From Laetmonice hystrix (lineage: Eukaryota), in the NCBI GenBank assembly GCA_965235115.1, contig OZ249436.1, forward strand, positions 21,950,001 to 22,014,000: a stretch of 64,000 nt of DNA. Reading direction: 5' to 3'. The notes under the pieces were generated by a model. That model was not told the origin of the DNA and did no database searches. It saw only the letters and a program-made list of their open reading frames with translations. A program made the position numbers and the translations under genes. Every line of letters starts with the position of its first letter. Position 1 is the first letter of the stretch. Below, piece by piece: positions 35,901-46,743 of the stretch.

Positions 35901-36428
35901 CACTGGTTCCTCCCGTCGGAAATCAAAGAATTTGCCTGGCGGCTAGGGCAACATATACTCCCTGTTAATGACAAACTTCACAGGCATAACAAACGTTTAC
36001 CTGTAAAGTGTGAACTATGTGGGGCGGGCAGGGAAACTTTAGATCACATTTTATTGCTGTGTCCAGTTGTACGTCCGGTTGCAAGGGAAGTGGAGGTCTT
36101 GATCTCAGAGATCTTGGATGCTCCATTTTTCCTGGACAGAGAAGTAATTTTATTCAATATTTTACCTCGGATGAGGGATCAGACACAAGGTCTAGTGTTA
36201 CTTCTCTTAAATTGTTTTAAGAGGGAGGTCTGGCATCATCGTAATAGGGTTAAGTTGGGCTTGGCCAGACCTAACCCTGAGAGAGTGTGGTCGGCCCTGA
36301 TGGCAGGGCTCAAGTGGAGGTCTTCTATTGATGTGTGTCGCCCTCAAAATACAAAATGGGTAGAAGCATGGGCAGTTGGAAAGGTTTGTGCGGGAAAAGT
36401 GGGTGAGGAATTTGTCTTCCTCTTGTAG
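32967..36428 (+). CDS. ORF2 APE-RT, 1153 aa
   Basis: All motifs present; one Trp codon deleted; divergent patch at ~35420-35816. Confidence 0.95.
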   Translation: MAKSFKITSLNCKGLQNPIKCDLLGSYLATRSFDVLFLQETHVGGAEDQDRVESACGGSGVFSFGQSDSSGVAVIFRRGLEYDIKSSRCDDSGRVTSVVAEINGQVFNFINIYAPNIAVQRKAFISGLADFVMFERAVILAGDFNFIEDVFMDKKGGHPKRGLGGKVEMEALAGRFNLLDVFRHKNPSRKEFSFSGAGVATRLDRFYVTKDLVENVENVGYVPCSYSDHKIVDMQLSWKSISEDFRHSGLWKCNVTVLKDIDFVRDMEMEWQVLSQSKVKDMVWEDCKVRFKSLIIKHSKRLARQRRQHVLQLEKSILFFQALADGGLEDLEGVVDGLKLDLEHLLEEKLKGARIRSRVQHVENDEKPSRFFLKQEKMNGSAKVISELEVEGRVITDKMDIVAACRNFYKCLYTKEDIDREVAQKYLDCLPRLASEGRAECEGFLSKEEVFSSLKSMKDGKSPGEDGLPQEFYVGFFHLFGGDLVNVFNQAFHAGVLGESLRTGVIRLICKDVTKKENLGYWRPISLLNTDYKLISKSICNRMVKVLDEIVHEDQTCAIKGRTIHDSLHLIRSVIDYANDHDIPCGILSLDQEKAFDRVSHEFLFMALRSYGFGPDLIRWVRLLYTDISSRVFVNGILSNEFEVQRSVRQGCGLSPLLYVLVIEPLAVMMRADFRMEGLKIPGSPRTVQLVHYADDMNPVVTSERAVRVALEIVNEFGRASGAKLNRRKSKGMWVGKWRHRKGVLHGIDFSCESLKCLGVVFGRHQSEWQKLNWEPLVEKLAKVLEGWKVRKMTLAGRAVILNTVALSKLWHRGQVIHMNDKYIKKFERIIFKFLWPGQERVQRRVMVLDRVRGGVGLVDLGSKLEAFRINHIGKLLRSQLIQKWSEFAVFYCGFQLRTERPEFGVNSRPHAWNISPFYERCLREWKNFKGNRNVSLESLTSGNIYKELTKKWVIVPLVATKSVNIFVDFSVCWNNCCHWFLPSEIKEFAWRLGQHILPVNDKLHRHNKRLPVKCELCGAGRETLDHILLLCPVVRPVAREVEVLISEILDAPFFLDREVILFNILPRMRDQTQGLVLLLLNCFKREVWHHRNRVKLGLARPNPERVWSALMAGLKWRSSIDVCRPQNTKWVEAWAVGKVCAGKVGEEFVFLL

Positions 36429-36704
36429 AATAGTTCACCCCCCCCCCTTTTTTTAAAAGGATATGGTCGGTGCATATTGAAGGATTGTTGAAATGGTGGA
36501 GTATTCCTTGAGTGTGCAGGTTTTAATGTTTGAGTGTTGCCACTTGGGAGTTTTTAACTAGTCAACTCTAGCCTTTTTCAATTTTCCTTTTGTACTTAGT
36601 TTGCTCTTTACTATATTGTCTGGCATGTAGGCTTTAGGGTCTGGTGCCAGGGTTATCGTTAAGAGTAGTTATTGGTAAAAAGAAAAAAAAAAAAAAAAAA
36701 AAAA

Positions 36705-36755
36705 AAAGATTTCCGTGGGGAGGAACATTACAATGAGTCTATAGACGAATTTTTG
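36705..36755 (+). pseudogene. 51-bp U5 fragment ending exactly at the Sm site
   Basis: AAAGATTTCC...GACGAATTTTTG then ATT then Tx1 ORF2 sequence. Confidence 0.9.
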
Positions 36756-37744
36756 ATTTGAAGCAGGAGAAAATGAATGGAAGCGCGAAGGTTATTTCCG
36801 AACTAGAGGTTGAAGGTCGAGTCATAACTGATAAAATGGACATAGTGGCAGCTTGTCGTAACTTTTATAAATGTCTGTATACGAAGGAAGACATTGATCG
36901 AGAGGTAGCACAGAAATACCTGGATTGTCTTCCTCGGTTGGCCTCTGAAGGTAGAGCAGGGTGCGAGGGGTTTTTAAGTAAGGAGGAAGTATTTTCTTCC
37001 CTAAAGTCCATGAAGGATGGGAAAAGTCCGGGTGAGGACGGCCTCCCCCAGGAATTTTATGTTGGATTTTTTCATGTTTGGTGGTGATTTAGTCAATGTT
37101 TTTAATCAAGCCTTTCACGCAGGCGTCTTAGGCGAGTCCCTTAGGACAGGAGTCATTAGATTGATCTGTAAAGATGTAACAAAAAAAGAGAATTTAGGTT
37201 ACTGGAGGCCTATTTCTCTTCTTAACACCGATTATAAACTTATTTCAAAGTCCATTTGTAATAGAATGGTCAAGGTGTTGGATGAAATAGTACATGAAGA
37301 TCAGACGTGTGCCATTAAGGGAAGGACTATACATGATAGTTTACACTTAATTCGATCTGTCATTGACTATGCCAATGACCATGATATACCGTGTGGGATT
37401 TTGAGTCTAGATCAGGAAAAGGCCTTTGATAGGGTTTCTCACGAGTTCCTTTTCATGGCTCTACGAAGTTATGGTTTTGGCCCCGATTTGATTAGATGGG
37501 TCCGCCTTTTGTATACGGACATTAGTTCAAGGGTGTTTGTCAATGGTATACTGTCAAATGAGTTTGAAGTCCAACGTTCGGTGAGACAAGGTTGTGGTCT
37601 GTCTCCCCTTTTATATGTTTTAGTTATCGAACCACTTGCAGTCATGATGAGAGCTGACTTCCGTATGGAAGGGCTCAAAATCCCTGGCTCACCAAGGACG
37701 GTTCAACTTGTGCACTATGCCGACGACATGAACCCAGTTGTTAC

Positions 37745-38245
37745 TGTGGTATATTTATCTGAACTTTACACAACAGACTATACTTACCAACCAGATAACA
37801 TGGACATGCCTGGACACTGTTATCAGACCTTTGTTCTCAGTCATGGTTAGAGATAACCACACTATCAAAGGAACAAGTCCAAACACACATACCACTGTCA
37901 TGTAATCGAGCTCTTGTGTAATGAAGCATAATCATTACATCTAAGGAAAGATAGAACACCTCCCGCAGTAATGTAAGCACACCATGTCAGCTCCAATCTT
38001 TCATGACCACATACGTTTCCTTATGCAAACAAATAAGTATCATGCACCCTCCTCCACTACAGAGAGGACCCATTTGTAATCACCTGACTAATGATAAGCA
38101 TTTTAGTATATATAGTACAACAATGTAATAGAAAGAGAGAGAGAGATAGACAGAGACGAGAACGCACGACGCGACTGTCTATCGTGACGAATAAAACCTC
38201 AGCACACAACAAGTCTGTCTTCCCTTCCATGTTCACAACATAACA
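37745..38245 (+). repeat. 5' LTR (501 bp)
   Basis: TGTGG...TAACA; TATATA near 38107, AATAAA near 38190; matches the 3' LTR. Confidence 0.96.
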
Positions 38246-38255
38246 TGGTGGAGAA
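38246..38255 (+). promoter_or_regulatory. Primer binding site, probably tRNA-Ala
   Basis: TGGTGGAGAA directly after the LTR, complementary to a ...TTCTCCACCA tRNA 3' end; only ~10 nt of match. Confidence 0.65.
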
Positions 38256-38497
38256 CAACCGGATCTGCTTCGAACGACAATGAGCTGCACGACAACAAAA
38301 TGGTAAGACCCATTCTTTGATATGTGCTAGCTTTATGTTCAACCAGGGCATCGGAGGTTCATGTCAGTAAGCAATAACCGTGTGGACGAAAAGCAAGGTG
38401 AAAAACAAAACAAAACAAGTAGTCAAAACAAGTTTAACAGTTGTAACGTACAGGTAGTTCGATAGACGGTGCAAAGCTCACAAAACAAAGAAAGGCA

Positions 38498-39562
38498 ATG
38501 GCCAACCCGAATCAACAACATGGGTATCTCCCAAGGTTACACGATTTGTTTCCCAGACTTTTTACAGGGGAAGGTGATTCAAACCCGTACAGTCATTGGT
38601 TGAAATGGGAGGACTATTGTATAGCGCATCAATACGACGATAACAACAAGGTTAACCAGTTCAAACTATCACTCAGTGGTGAAGCCAGAGAATGGATCGC
38701 GAATAAGCAGTTTAATAACCCTGCAAACTTAAGGGATGCTTTCACACTATATTTCTCAGGACTAACGTCAAGAGAAGCGTCTTTGGAAGCTTTTAGGTCG
38801 CTCAGGTGGACACCACCAGATAGCGTGGAGCGATATTCGAACAAGCTAAGAAGGTTAGCAGAGAGGCTGAACCTGGGGCCAGAACTAGTCAGGGAACAGT
38901 TCCTGAACGGGTTACCGTTTGAGATGAAAACATTCGTGGTAATGAGCGGGGCAGTACAACTGAACGATCTAACAGCGAGGGCACAGCGCTATGCTGATCT
39001 ACAGAGGGAAAAGCCGATGGTAGCAGGAAACATATTATGCACACAAGGGGAGAGAACAAACCAAAAGACAGAAATAGACCACCTCACACACTGTGTAAGG
39101 GAACTAACGCTAGGACAGGACAGATTGATGGCTATGGTAGGGAACCAACAACAGGTAGATAGGAGCAGAGACCAATCTAGAGGGCGTTACAGGAACACAA
39201 ATAAACAGGAGGGTAGAAACCGCTATGATAGCCGGAGTCGGTATGACAGCCGTAGCCGAGGCCGACATGAGAGTAGGGGCCGACACGAAGGCCGAGGCCA
39301 ACACGAGTCGCGAGGTAGATATCAATCGAGGGAGCGATACGAGTCCAGAGGTCGATATGACGGCCGAGATAAGTCGAAGAGCCGAGAAAGGCCTACTGAG
39401 AAGGTAACAAGACAGAGAGACGCAACACCACACGCCGATAGGAACCATAGGCAGGACATCATATGTAACTTCTGTCACAAACAAGGACATGCGTGGAGAC
39501 AATGTTATATGTTAGCAAACAAACTAGATAACCTACAACACGGCCAGGAACAGGATTTTTAG
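38498..39562 (+). CDS. gag: Gag, 354 aa
   Basis: Retrotransposon capsid-like region (LSGEAREW, ERYSNKL, EQFLNGLP), Arg/Ser-rich repeats, CNFCHKQGHAWRQC knuckle. Confidence 0.92.
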   Translation: MANPNQQHGYLPRLHDLFPRLFTGEGDSNPYSHWLKWEDYCIAHQYDDNNKVNQFKLSLSGEAREWIANKQFNNPANLRDAFTLYFSGLTSREASLEAFRSLRWTPPDSVERYSNKLRRLAERLNLGPELVREQFLNGLPFEMKTFVVMSGAVQLNDLTARAQRYADLQREKPMVAGNILCTQGERTNQKTEIDHLTHCVRELTLGQDRLMAMVGNQQQVDRSRDQSRGRYRNTNKQEGRNRYDSRSRYDSRSRGRHESRGRHEGRGQHESRGRYQSRERYESRGRYDGRDKSKSRERPTEKVTRQRDATPHADRNHRQDIICNFCHKQGHAWRQCYMLANKLDNLQHGQEQDF

Positions 39563-39600
39563 AGGGGAGACAGCCAGAGGACGCCAGTCTGTCTGTTTCC
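39553..39600 (+). promoter_or_regulatory. Putative -1 ribosomal frameshift signal
   Basis: G GAT TTT immediately before the gag TAG; the -1 frame is open into pol; hairpin GGAGACAG-C-CAGA...TCTG-T-CTGTTTCC starts ~6 nt downstream. Confidence 0.75.
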
Positions 39601-42600
39601 AAAGACACAATCAAATCCACCACAACACATAATTCACCACATCCATTACAAAAAACCACACCCACTAGATTGCCAACCAACTCAAATTCAGAAACGGATA
39701 ACGCACATAGTTTAGAGGTTAGAACCAACACGTTAACCGACGACGAAACCACGACGGTACTTAAAGTTCACGAACAGTCGACTACATTTGATCCCAATGA
39801 AGACGCATCATTAGTACATGTTAACAGCGCACAAAACCAGAACAACAATGAAACAATATGCCTCGAACTTAATCCCAGAAACATGACATCAGCAAAACTA
39901 CCGAATCGCGAAACCATCACAATACTTTTTGATTCAGGAGCATCACACACATTAATCTGTGCTAATACCATAAATGAGTCGAGATACTTGTCAGAACTAC
40001 CAAAACGCCAATGCAAACAGATGAGATTCAAGGTAGGGAACGGAGAATATCTAACAACGGACCATGCTATTGACGTAACTATTAACATACAAGACCACAA
40101 GTTTCTAGTGACCGCACTAGTTGTCAATACCCTAGGGGGAATATCAATGGTATTAGGAAGCCCGTCGATGGGAGAAATCGACGCCAAACTTGAGTTCAGG
40201 ACACACAGACTGAAATTTAAATCGAGTTCCATTCTCCTAAAACCATCTTGTGATACCATCCTACAACCCCATCAGACAAGGAGCATCACGATACAGGGGA
40301 AACTACCACACTTTTTAAGGAATTCCAACATTCTTATCAAAGCCACAAAATTCCTCGAAAACCTATCATCCAAGCTAATGTTGGTACAGTTCAGAAATTC
40401 AACAGCCGCAATTGTCGTACGGAATCCATCAAACACGCCAATCAGGATTAGACGAGATAAACCCGTGGCAACTGTGGAACCAAGAGCAATGACCAACATG
40501 TATACGGCAGTATCACACGCTGAGATAACATCAGCAAGCACCACTGTACACTACTATGCATGCACTGCGCGCTCGGAGAGACCAACACCCGAACCGATAA
40601 AAGATAAGACCGGACAAGACGGAGAACCACTAGAGCGAGACACTCTGTACGAATATAAGAAACAGAAATACCCTTTTTTAGAAGACACAGACGACCGACT
40701 TAAAATGTTTGACGAAGAAATTATAAACAGAGACATTAAATTTGAGCACTGTGTACTTGACATGGAGGGAAAAATGAAAGTCAGAACAATGTTAAATAAA
40801 TACAAAAACGCGCTTAGTTTACACTCAGAGGTAGGCCAAACCGACATGACAGTCGACTTTCAGTTAAACGACACAAAACCGTTCTACATCAGGCCATTTA
40901 CCGTTCCGGCGACGGAAAAACCAATCATTGACAAAGAACTTAACAAACTAGTCAAGATGGGAATTCTGCAGGAAGGACACTCCCAGTACTCGAGTCCAGT
41001 TATGCTTCTCAGGAAGAAAGACACAAAGACATACCGACTAGTCACCGATTTCCGACATCTCAACCAGCGTATCGTGAAGAGGAATCTGCCATTTCCTCTT
41101 ATCAAAGACACGCTACAGATAATAGGACACTCCCAAGCTCAAATACTGTCAGTACTAGATCTTAAAGAAGCCTATCATTGTTTGAATCTATCAGAAAGAT
41201 GCCGCCAATACACAGGAATTGCTTCATACTTTGGTGGAAAAACATACTTCTACAAGAAACTACCAATGGGCCTTAACATAAGTCCAGCAGAGTTCCAAAC
41301 CAGAATCAACCGAATCTTAGACGAAATTCAAGAGGGCAACCAGTTTTGCATAGGAATCATGGATGATTTGATAATCTACTCAAAAGGGACCAAAGATCAC
41401 TACCAACACGTTGAAACGATCCTTGCAGTTCTACAGAAATACGGACTCAAAATTTCACCTGCAAAAGCCAAGTTGTTTAGAGAACGAGTCACATACATGG
41501 GCCATGAGATTATCATACATAACAAACAACCATGTATCCGAGCTCTCATGGAGAGAACGGAAGCAATACAGAAGTTGCCGATTCCAACAACAAAACGGAA
41601 GTTGAAGGGATTCATAGGCAAAGTATCGTATCTCAGCATGTACTTGCCTCATCTCCAAATTCTACTTCAACCGCTGCACTCCATTGCAACAAAGAAGGCC
41701 GACTTTGTATGGGACCAAATAGCACAGGATAACTACGACAAGATTATAAAACTCTTACAAGAATCACCCATTCTCACCATGCCACGCAGCCAGGGACTCT
41801 TCAGACTGTACACTGACACTTCAAAAATCGGAGTAGGAGCGAGCCTGTGGCAAGTCCAGGGCGGATCAGAAAGGCTTATAGCCTACTACTCTAAAGCTCT
41901 TCCTAAAGCTGCATCGAACTATGGAATCACAGAATTAGAGCTAACAGGTCTTACGATAGCAGTAACAGCATTCAGACACCTGGTAAAAGGCACTCATTTT
42001 GAGTGTTACACAGATCACGCCGCCATCCCAAGGATAATGAAATCCAAGGCAGAGCCCACGTCGGACAGGATAAAAAGGCTGCTTGAGAAGTTGAGTGGAT
42101 ACTGCATAAAAGTGGGTTACAAAAAGGGATCGAGTCTAGTTATCGCAGACTACTTGTCGCGAAACCCACCGCCAGTAGACGACACAAACCAGGAAGACAC
42201 GATTGCATTCCCAATCACGAGGTCCATGGCGCGAAGAAACAACATCGCTATGCCACCAATACCTCCAGCAGACATATCACCCGAAAATAAAGCCAGGAAA
42301 AGCGTGAGAAATAACACCCCAACACCAACGGCAAACAAAGCTACAACCGAACGCGTTACGCAACAACAAGAGCCAATAGTAAATAACGATATGACTCTGT
42401 TATTCCCAAGATACAACACAAGAGAGCAAGCTCAAACACACCGACTAGTAGACACACAAACACCATTAAAACACATCCCGATTGAAGCACAAACACCTGA
42501 AACAAGTGAGACAGAAATCTTCGAAACCCATACGTCACCACCAGACCATTTCTACCGCCAGCCAACTCAGCTCATTTCTAATCTTTCGGATCAAAACATC

Positions 42601-44439
42601 AAGATTGGCCGGACCCCAAAACAAGCAAGTATAAACCAACTACTAAAGAGAATCAAACAAAAGGTATTAAGAGACTATCATCTGCCACAAACCAAAAGGG
42701 AGATTGCAAAGGAACAGGCAAGCTGTCCAGACTTTAAAGACATTCACTTATACCTAGATGAGGGCCTATTACCAAACACGAAGAAAGCAGCAAAGAAAGT
42801 GCTACTAGAAGCAGAAAACTATGTGTTAATAGATAGAGTCTTGTTCAGATTCACGCAGAAACCGAACACAGAAGAAATCAGAGTAAATCTAGCTGTTCCA
42901 AGATCAATGGTGAGCGAGATCATCTCAATGCACCATGACTCACTGCTAGCGTGCCATCAAGGTATCAACCGAGTAGCACTGACCATCAAGAAAAAGTACT
43001 ACTTCCCATTGCTGTATCAAAGAATCACTGACTACGTCAAAGCTTGTCACACCTGTCAAACAAGAAAACACCCCATAAACGCCGACAGACCGTTCGAGGT
43101 GAACATCCCAACGGAATACGCACCAATGGAAACAGTTTACTGTGACCTGAAAGTAATGCCGGAATCACATAGCAGACACCGCTACATATTAGTCCTAGTA
43201 TGCGCGGTCACCCGATATACAATTCTAGTACCACTACAAAGCAAGGACGCGCCATCAGTCGCTGAAGCGATCCTACAAAAATGCATTCTTATACATGGGC
43301 CGTTCAAGAGGTTCATTTGCGACGAGGGAAGAGAGTTCAACAACCAAGTCATCGCATACGTGTTCAACGCTCTAAAGGTTGACCAAAGATTTGTGTCTGT
43401 GGGAAACCACAAGTCAAACAAGTCTGAACGTTATGTGGGAACAGTATCAAGCTTCTTGACCTCCTGTCTTACTGGAAACGGGAAGAACTGGCACTTGTTC
43501 TGCAATGCCGTAGCATTTGCTATGAACTCTTTCGCCAGCCCATCATTAAGTGGATACAGTCCCTATTACTTGGTTTATCTAAGGAACCCACCATCTGCGT
43601 TCGAATGCGGACCAGCAGATGCGATCAGCAGAAATTACGTAGACTATGTGGAGTCAATGAAGGAGAGACTGCAGAAGGTTTCAAAGACAGTTTTGGACTT
43701 ACATGCCAGGAACCAAACAAAACAAGCGCAAACGCAATTGAAGAAAGTGAAAAACCCACCAATATTCACAGAAGGTATGCTTATCTATCTGCTGTCACCG
43801 TCGCATAGCGCCTTACAGACAAACTCTAAGAAAATCCGAATGGATTTCATTGGACCACTATCAATCAAATCCATGCTTGACCGCAACCACGCTATTCTGC
43901 AAACACTCGAGGGCCAACAGATAAATGGAGTATTTCATGTGGCCAGACTGAAAGTCGCGTGGATCAGAACAGAAACTGGAACAGTCAACCATGTCAACGA
44001 ATTGAAACCCATTCTAAAGAAACCCACCATACAGGTAACTAACGAGCAAGGGGAAAAGGTCACCAACATGCCACAAAACGCCTTAAACTTTACAATTCAA
44101 GGGGAGCCAGTGAACATCAACTTACAGGTACAACACGCAGAAGCCAATGGCAGATTGGCAGCACCTACCAAACTTAAGGACAGGACGAAGGCAACGATTT
44201 TCAGAATGACAGAACAAATATCAAAGGAATCTATGGAACTGGAGATCAAGAAAGCAAGGTATAAAGACGGAGCCCTACAACTACTGTTGAGGTCGCCAAG
44301 TGAGGAATATCACAACTTTTGGATGCGCACAGCGGACCATCCTTATGTACTGCCATGGGCAAAAGCGTTGGATAACGACCCAGATCTGAGGATAACCGGA
44401 TCTAGGAAAAGGTTTGCTCATCGGTTTTACGCATTTTAG
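39559..44439 (+). CDS. pol: Pol polyprotein (protease, RT, RNase H, integrase), probably translated as Gag-Pol
   Basis: LFDSGASH (PR); LDLKEAY, LPMGL, IMDDL (RT); YTDTS, ELEL, TDH (RH); HH..H..CHTC, YCDL, CDEGREF, SER (IN). Confidence 0.95.
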   Translation, partial: LEGRQPEDASLSVSKDTIKSTTTHNSPHPLQKTTPTRLPTNSNSETDNAHSLEVRTNTLTDDETTTVLKVHEQSTTFDPNEDASLVHVNSAQNQNNNETICLELNPRNMTSAKLPNRETITILFDSGASHTLICANTINESRYLSELPKRQCKQMRFKVGNGEYLTTDHAIDVTINIQDHKFLVTALVVNTLGGISMVLGSPSMGEIDAKLEFRTHRLKFKSSSILLKPSCDTILQPHQTRSITIQGKLPHFLRNSNILIKATKFLENLSSKLMLVQFRNSTAAIVVRNPSNTPIRIRRDKPVATVEPRAMTNMYTAVSHAEITSASTTVHYYACTARSERPTPEPIKDKTGQDGEPLERDTLYEYKKQKYPFLEDTDDRLKMFDEEIINRDIKFEHCVLDMEGKMKVRTMLNKYKNALSLHSEVGQTDMTVDFQLNDTKPFYIRPFTVPATEKPIIDKELNKLVKMGILQEGHSQYSSPVMLLRKKDTKTYRLVTDFRHLNQRIVKRNLPFPLIKDTLQIIGHSQAQILSVLDLKEAYHCLNLSERCRQYTGIASYFGGKTYFYKKLPMGLNISPAEFQTRINRILDEIQEGNQFCIGIMDDLIIYSKGTKDHYQHVETILAVLQKYGLKISPAKAKLFRERVTYMGHEIIIHNKQPCIRALMERTEAIQKLPIPTTKRKLKGFIGKVSYLSMYLPHLQILLQPLHSIATKKADFVWDQIAQDNYDKIIKLLQESPILTMPRSQGLFRLYTDTSKIGVGASLWQVQGGSERLIAYYSKALPKAASNYGITELELTGLTIAVTAFRHLVKGTHFECYTDHAAIPRIMKSKAEPTSDRIKRLLEKLSGYCIKVGYKKGSSLVIADYLSRNPPPVDDTNQEDTIAFPITRSMARRNNIAMPPIPPADISPENKARKSVRNNTPTPTANKATTERVTQQQEPIVNNDMTLLFPRYNTREQAQTHRLVDTQTPLKHIPIEAQTPETSETEIFETHTSPPDHFYRQPTQLISNLSDQNIKIGRTPKQASINQLLKRIKQKVLRDYHLPQTKREIAKEQASCPDFKDIHLYLDEGLLPNTKKAAKKVLLEAENYVLIDRVLFRFTQKPNTEEIRVNLAVPRSMVSEIISMHHDSLLACHQGINRVALTIKKKYYFPLLYQRITDYVKACHTCQTRKHPINADRPFEVNIPTEYAPMETVYCDLKVMPESHSRHRYILVLVCAVTRYTILVPLQSKDAPSVAEAILQKCILIHGPFKRFICDEGREFNNQVIAYVFNALKVDQRFVSVGNHKSNKSERYVGTVSSFLTSCLTGNGKNWHLFCNAVAFAMNSFASPSLSGYSPYYLVYLRNPPSAFECGPADAISRNYVDYVESMKERLQKVSKTVLDLHARNQTKQAQTQLKKVKNPPIFTEGMLIYLLSPSHSALQTNSKKIRMDFIGPLSIKSMLDRNHAILQTLEGQQINGVFHVARLKVAWIRTETGTVNHVNELKPILKKPTIQVTNEQGEKVTNMPQNALNFTIQGEPVNINLQVQHAEANGRLAAPTKLKDRTKATIFRMTEQISKESMELEIKKARYKDGALQLLLRSPSEEYHNFWMRTADHPYVLPWAKALDNDPDLRITGSRKRFAHRFYAF

Positions 44440-46743
44440 GCGTTATGTATAAATGTTTCTAGGATATAAAGTAGCTAATGCATATGCGGAGTTAGTTTAA
44501 TGATGATAACACATGTATTGCGTAGTAGGTACCACAACCACTAACGCAGCCAGCCACTACTAGGCCGGGATGACAATAACACAGTTAACGTGATATCAGT
44601 TTCACGACGTCATCTCAAGAATACCTAGGCACGATTCTCAAACTCATTACTTCGATCACTCGCGCTCCGTGGTGGGAGCACATTTGGCGTACACACGCTT
44701 AATTACACAGCAGCTATCAACCCGTCTAGACTTCAAAATGATAAGTCTCAGTTGCTGTGGGATTGTGCGTAACTTCATTATTATGTATAACCATCAAGTG
44801 GGTAAGACTATTGTGCCTCACTGAACAACACTTCAGTGCACCCCAGGGTTATCAAACTATCGAGAATCGCTGCACAATGCAATGTAACAAAGCTGGCTAA
44901 TGCTTTTCATGTTGAACCGAGTCATATTTACAGAGATTCGCATCGTGGGTATGAGGTAACCATATCCGAGATAAAACGCACGAATACGCAGGACACACAC
45001 TGCCAAAACGTTGCCATATCGGCAACACTTAAAGCCGCCAGCGTTATCGACATCACATGTCCGATGGCGCACACCTATGCCACAGACGCACAATGGACGT
45101 TAAGTAGCGTCAGGTAACACCCTGATGGTTGATTACCCCACTAAATGATAGTATATGTCATGTGCAGAACAATGTATCAGTTAGTTTAGTGTACATACTA
45201 TATCAGCAGACGAAATAGGGAGACTTACGTTTCCTAGTTATGTCAGACTGCCACTATGCTCGTACGGGAAGTTCAAAAGATTGATCCGACGAACGAAAGT
45301 GGTGAAAGTCATTCTAGTATCAGGGGAGAACTGGGTCGAAGTCTCGAGTCACTCGGAATTTACCGATACCAGCGGGATTTTCCAACCGGTTCCCCGAACT
45401 CAGAGATTCGAACCCAAACAGAACACAGGGGAGACAATCCAGATAGCACTAAGTGGACCCAGCAGTCCGATAGAAGATTCAGGAAGTGAGAGTTGCCACA
45501 CTGCAATGGAAAGGCAGGATATTTATTAGGCAACATATAAAGTATGACAAAGTAAAACTAAAAATGCAGGAGTACCCTAGTTCGTAGATTCAAAACTGTT
45601 TGTGAGCCGAGCAACACCGTAGATAGAACTATACTTAGCAAATTTTAAGGTAATTATAGATACATATATATATATATATATATAACCTCTAAATGTTCCA
45701 CACAGTTAAGTTGTTTCTGCAGGCATTAACCGCTCTCAGCCATCTGGTGTTCATATTGTTTGCATGTATCAATGCTTTGTGGTCTGAGTCTAAATGCAGA
45801 GACAAGCGAAAAACAGAAGCAGAAGACAGTCACTGAACAAAAGATCCTGAAGCCGGAAGGAGAAGACAGAAATGAAAATTAAACAAGCTGAGAATGACAC
45901 CGCAGAACCGCTCACCGAAGCAGCAGTTCAGCGCAAACCCACAAGAAGTTTGTAACGCTGTAACGAACGCAACGGTGGAAACAAAAACCATCATCGAAGA
46001 TCAAGCGCAACCTGATGGACTTCCTGGCTAACGACAGACAGCAACGAAGGCCAAGTCCATCAGCATAAACATACACCAAACGCCATCCCCAGATGCATCC
46101 CTTGGTGTATGTCGGAAACACCAAACGCACCTACCAGAAACACCGACCAAGAAGGCCACAGTTGAGGGCGCAGCAACGCAAGCCGTAAAACTACAGCAAG
46201 TACCGAGGTTAATAACACCCTCCAAACGTGCCATCAACGATAAAGAGGGTGCTGCAAGTGTGTGAAACGTCTTTACTTTGCGGACATCGCAGTCAACATT
46301 TTATTAAGATGCACCAAAATAATCAGTGCGAATGGATGAAAAGTCATCCCGTGGTAGAGGTCGCAAGTAACACTTCTCGATAATAACGACCACTCTCAGA
46401 GACTGTTTCACGATCAAGTCCAGTCACCAGGGATCGTCCATAGATGGATGACAGAGTGATGTAAAACGGTGGACCTCAAACCCGAACTATAAGTGACTCA
46501 TAAACTCCAAACCTTGAGTGACTCTTGCCAGCAGACGTTTTGCCAATTATCGCAATCACATTTTAAGTGACTTTATCAATTAGAGTTCGGATTTATGCTC
46601 AATTATATTTACGATCATAATGCTAAACCAAGAGCATGTGGTATATTTAATCAACCGATGGACTGATGATAAAAATTTAAGAGTTCACAAATTCCTTTTA
46701 GGAAATAATTCACTATCATAAATTTTTCTTGAAACCAAGAGCA

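Larger units (their letters stand above)
30836..36707 (+). mobile_element. Full-length Tx1-like copy F (ORF1 frameshifted, mosaic ORF2, 3' end ~20 nt short)
   Basis: 5'UTR, ORF1, ORF2; poly(A) starts right after TTATTGGT; AAAGATTTCCGTGGGG on both sides. Confidence 0.95.
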
